42,894 nt of DNA. Source: Phoronis australis (lineage: Eukaryota > Animalia > Phoronida). This document shows positions 1 through 13,000 of the stretch, in pieces; within the stretch, counting starts at the first letter, position 1, and every line of letters begins with the position of its first letter. The stretch spans positions 448,869 through 491,762 of the forward strand of contig NMRA01000022.1 in assembly GCA_002633005.1 (NCBI GenBank), written 5' to 3'. Made by a program: the position numbers and the translations under genes. The notes beneath the pieces were generated by a model. It was not told the origin of the DNA. It saw nothing but the letters and a program-made list of their open reading frames with translations, and made no database searches.

Positions 1-113
1 TGCTCCCTCCTCCAAATGTGTGGACATTTTCGTAAGTTTAGTATCTGCGTGGAATAGTATACTCCCACTTGAGACTGATTTGCATTGATCTTAACATTCC
101 CAAACTATTTCAG

Positions 114-302
114 TTCATGTAGGTTTTGGATACTTCATCAATTTATGTAGATACTGGACACTACATAAGCCTTTGCATGCATCAATGAACACTGTATCAA
201 TTCTTATAAGCTTTGTACACTGGTTAGTTTATGTCGATTCAGGAACTACATCATTTCACACTTTTCACAATTCATGTAGGTCCTGGACACTCCATCAATT
301 CC
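114..302. repeat. Degenerate minisatellite, unit about 28 bp
   Basis: Units like TTCATGTAGGTCCTGGACACTCCATCAA recur 5-6 times. Confidence 0.65.
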
Positions 303-887
303 CGTGTGTGTGATCTTACTGAAAATAAATTAAAAGTTTTGTCTAGAAATTTCCAAGCATAAGAATCAATTTCAAAACATAAACCTAAGCATTTTCTAGT
401 CATATGCCAGCAGTTTTCCCGAAATCTTTTACAATAAAATTAAGTTGGGTTTACTATGGAAATATTCTGCAATATTAGTTTTGTGGTGGTAAAAGTTGTC
501 CAGAGAATGTTTGGTTCAGTAATTCTCCACTCATTTTGCACAAAATAATTGCCAAGATTGTCATTTTCCATTTTCACAGCCTGATTACTTTGTTATGTAC
601 AAATAGTGGAAACTTTACCAAGTGTTGTTTGTGACATCTACTCTGTTCAAAAAACAATGTTAGTAATCGACTGAAATTTTCTAAATCTTTATTTTTGTGA
701 AGAAATTTGACAAAACAGAGTTTCATTTGTCAGCCATATTGTGTACTAAATAAGTAAAGAATTACCAAATACTTTTTCACTAGTGTTTCCTGTTATGGTT
801 CGAGCCCCAGGAGCATCTTAGGCACCCCACATACAGTTATAGATTTACCTCCTCTTTATTTACGTAGTGTTCTTTTTTTTGTTGTAG

Positions 888-1012
888 TAACAGAGTCCCA
901 CCTGGGTCGACATCAGAAATGCTGTTAAACGATTCACCGGCACCTCGACAGGAAATGACCAGCCGAGCCCTACGAAGAAAGAGTGGTTTACTCAACACAA
1001 GCTTGCAGAAAT
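888..1012 (+). CDS. NUP107: NUP107 exon ([17 protein letters not shown]...LNTSLQK)
   Basis: T-rich tract and tag acceptor at 887 (in-frame alternative cag at 893); in-frame ATG at 919; ends at donor GTATCTTT, phase 1. Confidence 0.7.
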
Positions 1013-4000
1013 GTATCTTTGATAGATTTTGGATTAATACTGACCTTTGTTTTATTGAAGACCATTCACATTTATCACTGTGGGAGCACTACTGATCTTG
1101 AATGATAAGTGTGAACTATGTGTGTTCATGCATTGAGTACAGTTTAAGATATAGTCCCACCTCTCTGTACAAACCAACATTGGCATTTAACATTTAAGCA
1201 CACTGCAACACATATAAACACAGACCTTAAAAAACATCGCCACTTTTTGTTCCCTTTTCCTGATCCTGTCAGGCTTAAAAATGCATTTGGTACATGAAAC
1301 ATTAGTAAGGTGCATTGACTGCCAGGCTTAAAAGCACGCCTTATCTGCATTTCAAGGCATGTGTAATTGACTTAATAAACACTATATGATCCAACTAACA
1401 ATACGATTGTGATGTAGAAATTCCTTGACTTGATTAGAACTTCATGTTATGTGTCTTATTTATTTCATCCCAACAATGATCTCGGTTATGAATCGTAACA
1501 ATTGACCTTAACTAGGCTGAAGCCATTCAACTATTGGATGAAGCAGTAGGTAGTTCGCCTCCAGCTCAGCGTTTGAGGCGTACCCCCGGTCCTCTACGAC
1601 ATACCTCTTGTAAGTGGTACTAAGTTCTGTTCAGTTGCACAGTACTCTTTATTGTGACAAAGGTTATATGCTATTGTTTCAGAAAAAAATTACATTTGTC
1701 TTTTTTAAAAGATGTATGCTTAGCATTGGCCAAAGCTGCCTCCTGTCAAAAAAAAAACTTTCCAGTTAATGTAAAAAAGTTGGTCTGAAATTGTTGCTTG
1801 CTTAGACTAGAAGTGATTTTTGGGCTTGGGAAATGCTGGCCATTTGATAATACCTCAGACCAAGGTTCTGCTCGTGAAAAGTGACTTAAGACAGTAATTC
1901 ACAATTACTGAATAAAGGTTGTGCCAAGTGGTTATCAGCACATCACAGTCTAGAGATAATTAGAAACTATTTCTATAACTAGCAGTTTTGTTTATATCTT
2001 CAGAGTCTGTAATTTTGCTCAAGAGAGATTTAATAATTCTTTAGATTTAGTGATGTGGAGCGTAAGGCCAAATTTCTGACTAGGTCTTACATCTCTTTGT
2101 ATGACAAAGGCTCCAGGCTAATAAGCCAGCTTGTTACTACTTAAATCGAGCTTGATAAGTTGACTTGTCCTAGCAGTTCACCTCATATACTGAGCCTTGT
2201 GTGAAGCAGTAACGTAATGTCAGTTCTTCTGAAATCTAGAAATCATTTCTCATGTGAGTAAGGAATAAAAATGAGACCAGTTTTATGACACCAACTGGTC
2301 CACGTCATCCTTTTTATGCGCCCACATATTTATATGTGGACACATTATGCCGTCATCTCTGTCCGTCTGGCCAAGCGTCCAGCGTCCGCTGCTCTATCTC
2401 CAAAACCCTTTGACATACGTTCATGAAATTTGGCACATATGTTCCATTCATGAATGGGACGGCATGAGCGAACTTTCGGACGGATTCGACTACAGGTGTG
2501 CCCCCTAGTGGCAATTTTAGTTTTTTACGTTTACCTTTGTATCTTCAAAAGTTATGAACGGATTTTCATAAAACATAGGCACCTATCAGGGAGATGACGC
2601 TGTCCTTCTGTTTTTGGATGGATTCAACGTAGTTTGCGCCACCTAGTTGCCATTTTTACTGTTTTCGAGTCTTTTTTCGTGCACCCCTCTATTGCGCAAA
2701 CTGCTCAAAGGATGATTGTGAAAAGTGGCACGTGTGTTGTTACTGTGAAGTGGACGGCTGACGATGATTTTCTGACGATTTCGACTACTGTGGCTCCTCC
2801 TAGTGGCAGTTTTGGTTTCTGCGCCTATGGCTGTATCTCCTAAATCGTTCGAAGGATCTTTACAAAATTTAGTAAGTGTATTTATATGATGTTGACAACG
2901 GACAACGACAACTTTCGGACGGATGTGACTACTGGTGTGCTACCTAGTGGCAATTTCATTTTTTTACGTTTACCTCTGTATGTTCAAAGGTCCTCAATGT
3001 ATTTTCATAAAATTTGGCATACAGGCATCTGTTAACGAGGTGACACTATTTCTCTGTTTTCAGATGGATTTGGCTTAGTTTGTGCCACCTAGTGGCCATT
3101 TTTACTGTTTTCGAGTCTGTTTTTTTGGCGTCCACTCCTCTGTCAACCAAACCCATTTCAGGATAATTGTGAAAATTTGCATGTGTTGTTTTACTATGAA
3201 GTGGACGGCTGACGACGATTTTCCAAGTTCGACTACTGTGGCGCCTCCTAGTAGCAGTTTTTTTTGCAATCATGGCTGTATCTATTAAACTGTTTGCAGG
3301 ATCTTTACTTAATTTAGCATGTGTATTTATATGATGTTGACAACAGATGATGACGACTTTCGGATGGATCTGACTACTNGGCCAAATTTCTGACTAGGTC
3401 TTACATCTCTTTGTATGACAAAGGCTCCAGGCTAATAAGCCAGCTTGTTACTACTTAAATCGAGCTTGATAAGTTGACTTGTCCTAGCAGTTCACCTCAT
3501 ATACTGAGCCTTGTGTGAAGCAGTAACGTAATGTCAGTTCTTCTGAAATCTAGAAATCATTTCTCATGTGAGTAAGGAATAAAAATGAGACCAGTTTTAT
3601 GACGCCAACTGGTCCACGTCGACCTTTTTATGCGCCCACATATTTATATGTGGACACATTATGCCGTCATCTCTGTCCGTCTGGCCTAGCGTCCATCGTC
3701 CGCTGCTCTATCTCCAAAACCCTTTGACATACGTTCATGAAATTTGGCACATATGTTCCATTCATGAATGGGACGGCATGAGCGAACTTTCGGACGGATT
3801 CGACTACAGGTGTGCCCCCTAGTGGCAATTTTAGTTTTTTTACGTTTACCTCTGTATCTTCAAAAGTTATGAACGGATTTTCATAAAATTTGGTACATAG
3901 GCACCTATCAGTGCGATGACGCTGTCCTTCTGTTTTTGAATGGATTCAACGTAGTTTGCGCCACCTAGTTGCCATTTTTACTGTTTCGAGTCTTTTTTTC

Positions 4001-7000
4001 GTGCACCCCTCTATTGCGCAAACTGCTCAAAGGATGATTGTGAAAAGTGGCACGTGTGTTGTTACTGTGAAGTGGACGTCTGACGATGATTTTCTGACGA
4101 TTTCGACTACTGTGGCGCCTCCTAGTGGCAGTTTGGTTTCTGTGCCTATGGCTGTATCTCCTAAATCGTTCGAAGGATCTTTACAAAATTTAATAAGTGT
4201 ATTTATATGATGTTGACAACGGACAACGACAACTTTCGGACGGATGTAACTACTGGTGTGCTACCTAGTGGCAATTTCATTTTTTTACGTTCACCTCTGT
4301 ATGTTCAAAGGTCCTCAATGTATTTTCATAAAATTTGGCATACAGGCATCTGTTAATGAGGTGACACTATTTCTGTTTTCAGATGGGTTTGGCTTAGTTT
4401 GTGCCACCTAGTGGCCATTTTTACTGTTTTCGAGTCTGTTTTTTTGGCGTCCACTCTATCAACCAAACCCATTTCAGGATAATTGTGAAAATTTGCATGT
4501 GTTGTTTTACTATGAAGTGGACGGCTGACGACGATTTTCCAAGTTCGACTACTGTGGCGCCTCCTAGTAGCAGTTTTTTTGCAATCATGGCTATATCTAT
4601 TAAACTGTTTGCAGGATCTTTACTTAATTTAGCATATTGTGTAATGTATTTATATGATGTTGACAACAGATGATGACGACTTTCGGATGGATCTGACTAC
4701 TGGTGTGCCCCCTAGTGGCAGTTTTAGTTTTTTACGTTTACCAGTCTGTATCTTCAAAGGTCCTCAACAGATTTTCATAAAATTTTGATAGGCATCTATT
4801 GGTGAGATGATGCTATCATCCTGTTTTTGGATGGAATCGAGTTGTTTTGCGCCACCTGGTAGCCATTTTTGCTGCTTTCTAATCTTGTTTTTGGCGTCCA
4901 CCCCTTGATCAACCAAATCATTCTAGGGATGGTTTTCAAAATAGGCATATATGTTTTCAGTGTGAAGAGGACGTTTGATGATGGTGACTGACTAGTGTGA
5001 TGCCTCCTGGTGGTAGTTTAGTTTTGTTTGCGCCCTTAGCTGTATCTCCAAAACCCACTGCAGAATCTTTACTAAATTTAGTAAGTGAACTTGTATGAAG
5101 ATAACAGACAATGACTTTCAGGCAGATGAAACGCTGTGCCCACAAATGGCAATTTCATTTTGTTCTGTTTTCGTTTGTTTCTCAAAAGTTCCTTGACAGA
5201 TTTTTGTGAAATGGGGCATGTTCCCATTTTTGGATGGATTGTACGTTTTAGCGCCATCTAGTGGCCATTTTTGTGATATAGATAAATAACCCTAAAAGCA
5301 CACCATTTGCAATGCATTCATGGGCGCATTTCAACGCTCTACGTTGCTCTTGTTATAAGAGGTGAGTTTATAGTAGCTTAACAGACAGGTTAGATTTCAT
5401 GCGGTGTACATTATGGTTACGTCATATTGTGCCTCTTGAATTTCAGTATTGAGCACAGTGTATCTTATTGTTGACATGGTTTTACTGTTGTATCAGTGGT
5501 GAATGCACTGAGACTAATCTTTTCTCAGTGTCTAAATTGTTCTCGTTTCTATAACATTGTTCTCATTTCAGATACCCCAAAACGGGTGCCATCAATGTCA
5601 AAGTTTGACGTTTCAGCCACTCTGGGTAACTCTCTTCAGGGGCTATCGCCAGGAGGTTCTTTTCAACTCTCCCAAATGTCACGGGTAACGATTTAATATT
5701 TATATATTTATCTCATTTAAGTTGAAATGCAATCTAACCAGCTGGTTGTCTTGAGTATGTGAACGGCCCATGCATTATTTCTCCACTATGATAACGATCT
5801 TTTTTGAAATTTCTGAGGACTTGTCCCTGATTGTATGTACTCTCATAGCTTAGGTCACACTTACTGTAGCGTATTTAGATGAAGCTGTGAGCATTCTCTA
5901 TCCCCTATTTACTGATACACAGTTTATGTACTAATCCAATTATCTGGTTCGAACAATGCTTCATAACCTCAGATAATAACCCGTAATAATCACAACAATA
6001 TAACCAGTTGACAATCAAATCGAACAAAAGACTGGCTGTGAATTGATCGTCTTAGTTTTGCTACTGGCTTATTCATGGCTCACTGCTCACAATCTTCGTG
6101 AAGTACATGTCATGATAGTATTAAAGGCATGGGTAAAATTTAGCTTCTTAATGTTGTATACTGTGCCGTTATTTGCCTATATCCAGAATGGTTGTGTTTT
6201 CTGGCTTGTTTCCAGTTTGCAAGCCTTGACAGCACGTCATACGCTGCCCTTCCCAATGTCATACCCACTAGAGTCGCCTCCACCATGGATACCTCGCTTA
6301 CCATGTCTGTGATGGATGACGTCACGACAACCAACGTAGCTCTCCTGTTGGAAGAAGACCCAGCCCTGGCTGGTAGGAGTTTACATTTTATATCTTGAAA
6401 TTTTGTCTGTTCAGCAGTGTCTTGCTTGCTGTCATGAATGAATTCCAAAAATCAAAGAGACAAAAAAACAACGAATTAGTGCAAACGTATCCCGATGCTC
6501 AGGTTTAATTTTAATTCAGACCAGTAACATAATCTGTTTTAGAAGTATAATTGACATAAATTCTTCAAAAAATCCCCAGTTTCACTAAGTCTTCGGTATT
6601 GCTGGCCCGTTTCTTTGCTAGTTTGCTTGTGTTGTTTTTTTAGCATAGTTAGTGCTTTTCAATGTTCTTTTACACAAACCCTCAGGTGTAGTCAGTTCAC
6701 TACACAGTTTGAGAGAAGCGGTAACATTTACCTAAACGTTCTGCACATCAAAAGCATTTGTCATTTTTGTTCAAGCACCATTTTGATAAACGGGTAAATT
6801 TAACTCGTGGTCTTTGCCAGCCTCGTCATCGCTATTCACCGAGTTCCAACAAAGTCTGCGTGACCATCCATCCGAAGCGGGCATCTTTCAGTTGGTGACA
6901 GAGTTTGAGAGAAGTGTAGAAGACCATGTGAAGATTCTGAAGACACTTATGAGGCGTACCACACCAGGCCAGCAAAAGTACGTCCAAGAAGATATAGCAA

Positions 7001-10000
7001 AGTGATACTAAACGATCTTTTGAAGATTAAAATCTCAAATAAATCAGATTTTAGTCTGTTTAGGAAGAAATAAATATCAGTCAGAAGATCTTCGCTGGAG
7101 AACATGAAATATTAAAGTTGCTATTCCTGAGTTTGGCAAATAAAATGGTTGACAAAGATTTTGTATGTTATACATCGAAACGAATCATTATGTTTAACGT
7201 TGGTACAAAGAAATCCCAAAGCCAATTGTTTTTGCATTCTCTAACAATAATCGCAGAAAAATTTATTTAAAGGGGAAAAAAGTGGCTTTGGGTTTTTTTG
7301 TACCCTGGTCAAAGATCATGATTTGTTTCGATGGGTAATTACAACTTACTAAAACTTGATTTAATTTGAATTTTAACTGACTTTGCCAAATTCTTGTTCT
7401 CAGTAACTCAAATAATTCTAAGGTCTGTTGGAGGTCTTGATGAACGCAGACACTTTATTAATGTGAAATTACAGCAGTGTTTTCATTCACCGATATTTTA
7501 TTGGAATGTTTCAAGTGCAACCGCAGTTATGTTTCTCCGCCGGTCCTGAGTTCCAGCAAAATATTTTTGAGCAATTACGGTGATTGATAAGGTCCTTAAT
7601 AAGTTTAAAGCTGTCAGTGATACCAATTTGCAGGTTTTCTCAAATCACCACATCCTTGAACCTTCTGGAGAGGGAAGCTTCAACATGGCGCTTGATTCGC
7701 TCCCTATTCACTGATCGCCTGGAGACGGAACATGGCACAGATGAGCAGATGGTTGTGGATTCACTGGTAGGTGGTGAATATGTGTCCATGGGCTCTGCGT
7801 AGAGACCCTGATTTTCTACAATAGCATTAAGTAGACAGAATCCACAGAATATTGCGGAAACGGAGTTCTCTATTCTTGAAAATGAAAAACCAGGATATCT
7901 ATGTACATCCTACTACTGTGGAATGTCCAGAAGTGACAGAAGTAGTTTTGATGCATGGAAATTTCATGGGAAATTAAAAAGGTGTGTAAATTTGTGGAAA
8001 ATTCATGGGAAATTGAAAAGGTGTGAAAACTCGTGGAAGATTCAGGAAAATTTTCATCAGATGAATAAAGGACTCATTTCAAAGGCCATGCCACTAGTTC
8101 TTGCATCCAATCATGGAAAATTATGTCTTAGAAATTCTTGGAATAGTCGTGAGATTGTGGATTCTCCACCTATCCAAGCTATTGTTCTAAAGACCCTTGT
8201 CGGAGTTTCTCCTAGACTTTCACAAAGGCATTCTTCCCCTATCGCGACTGGTATCACAGATACTACAGTTTTAACAGGAATCCATTGTCAGAAGTCCTGT
8301 TGGTTAGTAAAAGAATTAGTTTACCAAGGGACTCCAACCCACTTCATTTTGAAGGAGAACTCATCTTGTTTGTAGTGGATTGTTTCAACACTAGTTAGAT
8401 ATATCAACAGACACCAATTATTGGGACTTTTTAGTCCTCTTTTTTGCTATCACTAGTTTTCTTATTCTGGGTTGACATTATCTCAAAATAAAGGTTCAGG
8501 ACAATAACTTCACGTTTGTGTCTTTCAATGCTTTCAGTGATGATTATATATTTAGAGCCCCTATGTCATTTGAGAGGGAGGAGGGAAGGGATAGGTGGAG
8601 GGAGAGACAGAGGGAAGGAGTTAGAGGTAGCAGGAGGGAAGAAGAGAGAATGTGTTCAATTCTTCCATATGTCCAAACGTTGTTTCATTAACAACACATT
8701 CAGTGACATTAGGCTATCAATGTGTTACAGCATAAACACCATTCTGAGAAGCAAGTGATGCTGACCCTGTTTGAGAAGAATAGCTCTGTCAGACAGACAC
8801 AGGTTTGCAAGACATTAACTATTTATTTAAAGCCATCGGTCCAAATTTAAAGAAAAAGATCATTTCACTTTCAAGCAAGAGGCTGGCATGAAGTGCTAAT
8901 GCCATTCACAATTGTTTGCACCCTCTCTTGAGTGGTTGAAACGGGTACAAAAGTCGCTGAAAAGTGACTTTTATATGGCAGTCAGGCAAGGTTCGTGCAT
9001 AGTCACTGATTCAGTGACATAAGCAGTGAAAGAGATAACCAGCTCAAAAATAACATGTCAAAGACAGAATGCATTCTTTCTGTAAAATGATGTACATTCT
9101 AAATGAGAACTTAGAACTATATCATTGAAGAACTATGTTTGACCTTTCTTAAAAGTGACGTTCTTACTTCCTAATCATTGAAAAAAGTCCTTTTGCATCT
9201 TTGAAATTTTGTGTTGTTTATTTGTTGACAATTTTAGTTTTGGTGTTGAAATCCAAGCTGCTTTTAGCATTTTGTGAATTTCTTGGAAAGTTGGAATTTC
9301 CTATCTGATACACAAGTCAGGCAAGGGAATCAACAGTACTCTTTTGTGAAGTGTGCACACTACCTACTCTAACTCAATTTACTTTCTAAAGAATTGGGGG
9401 TATTATAATTGTTTGCGTTTTCTTTATTTTTTGTCGTAATTATAATTTGAAACAAAAAGAATTGCCAAAGTCTATTTTCTTTCACTTTTCAAGGCCTAAT
9501 GTTATAGTGAATGCAGAAAATTTCTCGAAGCATTGTCTGATGGTAGCTAGGGAAACATTTATTTTGGTACTACATGACTTTCTTGTAAAAGTGAGATTTT
9601 ACCGTAGTGTTTTTCTCAACGAATTGCAGCGCTAGTTTTGGTTGTAGTTTGGTTGCGACTCCTTTCCATAGTGTTACAACGTGTTGGCTTTGTTGTAGCT
9701 GGTTGTTGATTGGCTGGAGGAGAACGCAAAGGAAGTGGTGGAGGACTATTATGATAAAGTGGAATTTTTCGCTGATAAAGGCGTAGCCTGGTGAGTGTTA
9801 CTAGTACTACAACTGCTGAATTCTGTGACCTTTAAACATTAGGACGTCCTTGCTTGTTACATACAAAAGTGTGTCGTGATGTGTACTTTGTTTTGTTAAC
9901 TGTACCTTAGCGACCCATTGTATCAGCTTTCACTTGTTGTTCTGATTACAGTGTTTCGTGGCTATATTGTATCCATAGCTGTATGTTTTTGACTACCTTT

Positions 10001-13000
10001 TTCACCTGAAGCTTCAGTTGAGATATGATGTGATTACTATGTTTCTAGAAGTTCATTATTTTTTTACACTATTTGTAACATTATATTTCTGTGGCTGCAG
10101 TGTATTTGTTTCAACAAATTTTCCTGCCGGGATCTCTTTGTTACCATCACGCTCCAGTGTGTAATATAGAATATACTTACAGCACCAGTGTTACTGCTTA
10201 TACTTGGCAACATTTTTTATTTTGAGTCCATTGCCTGCTCCATTGTGTCTGTGTTATGTTTTTGTGGCTTGAGGTAGATTTCTGAAAGGGTTCCTCAAAT
10301 ATTATTTCATCCAGTATTCGAATAATAGACTTTCTCTGTTGTGAGGTGCTCCTGACCCCATGTTGTGTGTTACACAGGGCTTGGAATTTTCCGCGGAAAC
10401 GCGGATTTCCGCTTTTTTCAAATGTGCTTTCCGCTTTTTTTATAATATTTCCGCGTAAAAAAATCGGATTTGATATAAAATTTCCGCGGCAAATTCCTTT
10501 CTTACCGCGGCGTTGCAGACGACGTTCACCTCGAAAAGCGGAAGTTGCTCTTTATGTTCGGAGGAACGCAAATTGTCAACATTGCCGGGGCATCTGGGAT
10601 AGCGTGGTGTGATTTTCAATGGCGTCTCGTGTTATTGTTAAGCGCGGTGACAAATACTACCGCTCTGCAGCCAAAAATGTGTGGGTTGGGAGTAGACGGG
10701 CGAGCTGAAAGGACGCAGACGCATGCTACTGATGGTGGTAAGGTTTTTTTTTTGTTTTTTTGTTTTTTTTATAGTCCTTCCGATTTTTGTCGGAGGAAGG
10801 TTCACATTGACCAGTTCTAGGCTGGTTATCGGGTGATGATTTGGGCCGTGAAAGTTTCAAAGTTTCCGTGTTTTTTGTCATTGGTCATTCCAAGCCCTGG
10901 TTACAGCAATAATTATATTACAATGTGTCAGGGTAATAGTATTGACATGCTATGAGGGTGCTTGAGCACCCAAGCATGTCCCTGGGTCCACTTTTGGTAA
11001 CATTTGAATGTTTTGGTGTCTAAAATATGTTTCTGTGGCAACTGTCAGTCTGTGGTAACATTTCCATGGTTACAATGTTTCCATGGCTACAATGTTTCTG
11101 TGACTCCATCTTGTCTGTGACTGTATTTCTTACATCTAGGGAGAATACTCATCATGCATTAGAACAGCAAGCGTCAGGGATACCTAGCAGTATAGACAGG
11201 CCTTTAGTCAAAGAGTTGGTGAGTGCTGATTCACTTGCAGCATACCCTGTTATACATGCTGGTCCATGATTTCGACAAAGGGGTCTGACAACCAGACAAG
11301 CATTACGGGCACTTTTGATTCCTGTATTAAAAGGGCATTATCAGCGAGAAAAGTAATTTTATGAGATCAGCCTCTGCACGGTATTGTACCTGCAACCCTG
11401 TGAATGCAGTCTAACATTTTGCTGGCAAAGGTAAATCCCACTTTAAGCGCATTCACTGGTAAAGTCACCAGCCTTGATTTCAGCGAGTAACCCGCAGACA
11501 ATGTTTGGAATCGGCAGTTTGTAATAAATCAAATAAACAATATATTTTGTATTTGTACATCTCTCATCAAAAGTATTAACTTCAAGAAATCTATCTTGTA
11601 CAACACTAATCCTGAAAATGCACCTCTCGGCCATAAAATGCTGACTCCCTGTGCCCCCACGCTCTGTATCTGTCATGACAGGTTATAAAGTGTTTGCACC
11701 ACACGGATTTTTTTGGTTCTGTTCCTGTTGCTCATGTGTCAGGGTTGTATTTCTCTACAAAGACGCCAGACTTCAGATCATAAAGTTTGCTTTCAATTGA
11801 TATAGTCGGTGCCGGACATTAACATAGAAGTCAGCAATTCAGTTTGTGAAAGCAATTTCTAAGACCTGGTAAATCCATACATTTTTCCTACGCTGCTCTG
11901 CAAGAGACTTCTTTTCCCGTCTGTACTTTGAAAGATTCCTCTTCAGAGATCAATTTCTGTCAAAACAAAACTAAGAAAAAAATGTTGAAACGGACTTTGA
12001 TTCTGGCCGACAGTCATGTGGAGTGAAACGTCTTGAGTTTTGAGCAATGATGATACCTCTAAAATGGCACTGATGTTTTATGATTGTTTGGTGGTATTTC
12101 TGAGCTCACTGGTGTCTGCTAATTGTTTGCAGCTCCGGTTTTGTGTAGACCGAGTGCAAACATGATTATATTTTTAATTTATTTATTCACGAAATAATCA
12201 ATTAATAGAAGTACAAAAAGTGTTGTGCGTGTGTGTGTTACCTAATAGCTTTTGAAACATCAAAGGTTTATGGACTTGTTTATGGATAGGTAAAAATTGC
12301 CGAGTGTGCATCCGAGAATAGATATTTAAAGGCACAGACCCAGATTTTTCAATGATTGATAAATATATCATAAAACTTGCACTGGGATCAAAAGTGATTC
12401 CCTCCAATTTCCCGTTTTCATCGTCACGTCAGGATGCTGATGTTGCAGACGCCATAGTGGACACACTATGAATAATGCATATTGCTGTGCCTTCATGATG
12501 TCATGTGGTACCAATCTGTTTGGTTGTGTGTTGATAGTGCAGAGTGCATGGGTGGTATGCTGTGGTATTGATCTGCTGCGCTTTGTCTATGATGAGTGTG
12601 ACTTTTCAAATCATAATTTAGTGATGTTCCTACTCCTTTAAAAAACTTTGTAAAATGTGGAGCAATAGTGTTGTCATAATGCTATTGATATAGGGTGCCC
12701 CCGTTTGAAGGTGACTGAAGAGTGAGGCCTCCCACATTTACACAAGGAGCCCCTGCCAAAGGTGTTCAAAGGGTGGAGCCTCATTAAATTATATACGGAC
12801 ACGGTTCTTTGGTCGTTTTCGAGCAAGCCCCCTGTATTATTGTAAGGGCCCACACTTTTGGCCCAAAATTGAATTTCTTGACTTAGTCATTTTGATAAGA
12901 ATAAGTCATTCAATTTAAGTTGTTCATGACATGTGTTGCACTATTGTTCAAGGACCCTGATGCACCCCTGAGGCTCAGACAGCCCCTCGCTGATTTGGAT

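Noticed and set aside
2634-5145. Repeated short ORFs (MRHLVAIF..., MPPSGHF...)
   Set aside because: Chance translations of satellite monomers with non-ATG starts.
3780-5270. CRISPR-like regularly spaced motif
   Set aside because: Eukaryotic intron; the spacers are homologous to each other and there are no cas genes.
6692-6720. Short intronic echo of the downstream exon (AGTTTGAGAGAAG)
   Set aside because: Only about 13 identical nt; no supportable alternative exon.
7593-7600. TCCTTAAT U12-like branch site
   Set aside because: 33 nt from the acceptor, and the donor GTACGT is U2-type.
7923-8375. 150-aa intronic ORF
   Set aside because: Built partly from a 39-bp tandem repeat; no protein motif and no fit to the NUP107 frame.
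8575-8650. Purine-rich G/A tract
   Set aside because: Low-complexity intronic sequence with no further support for function.
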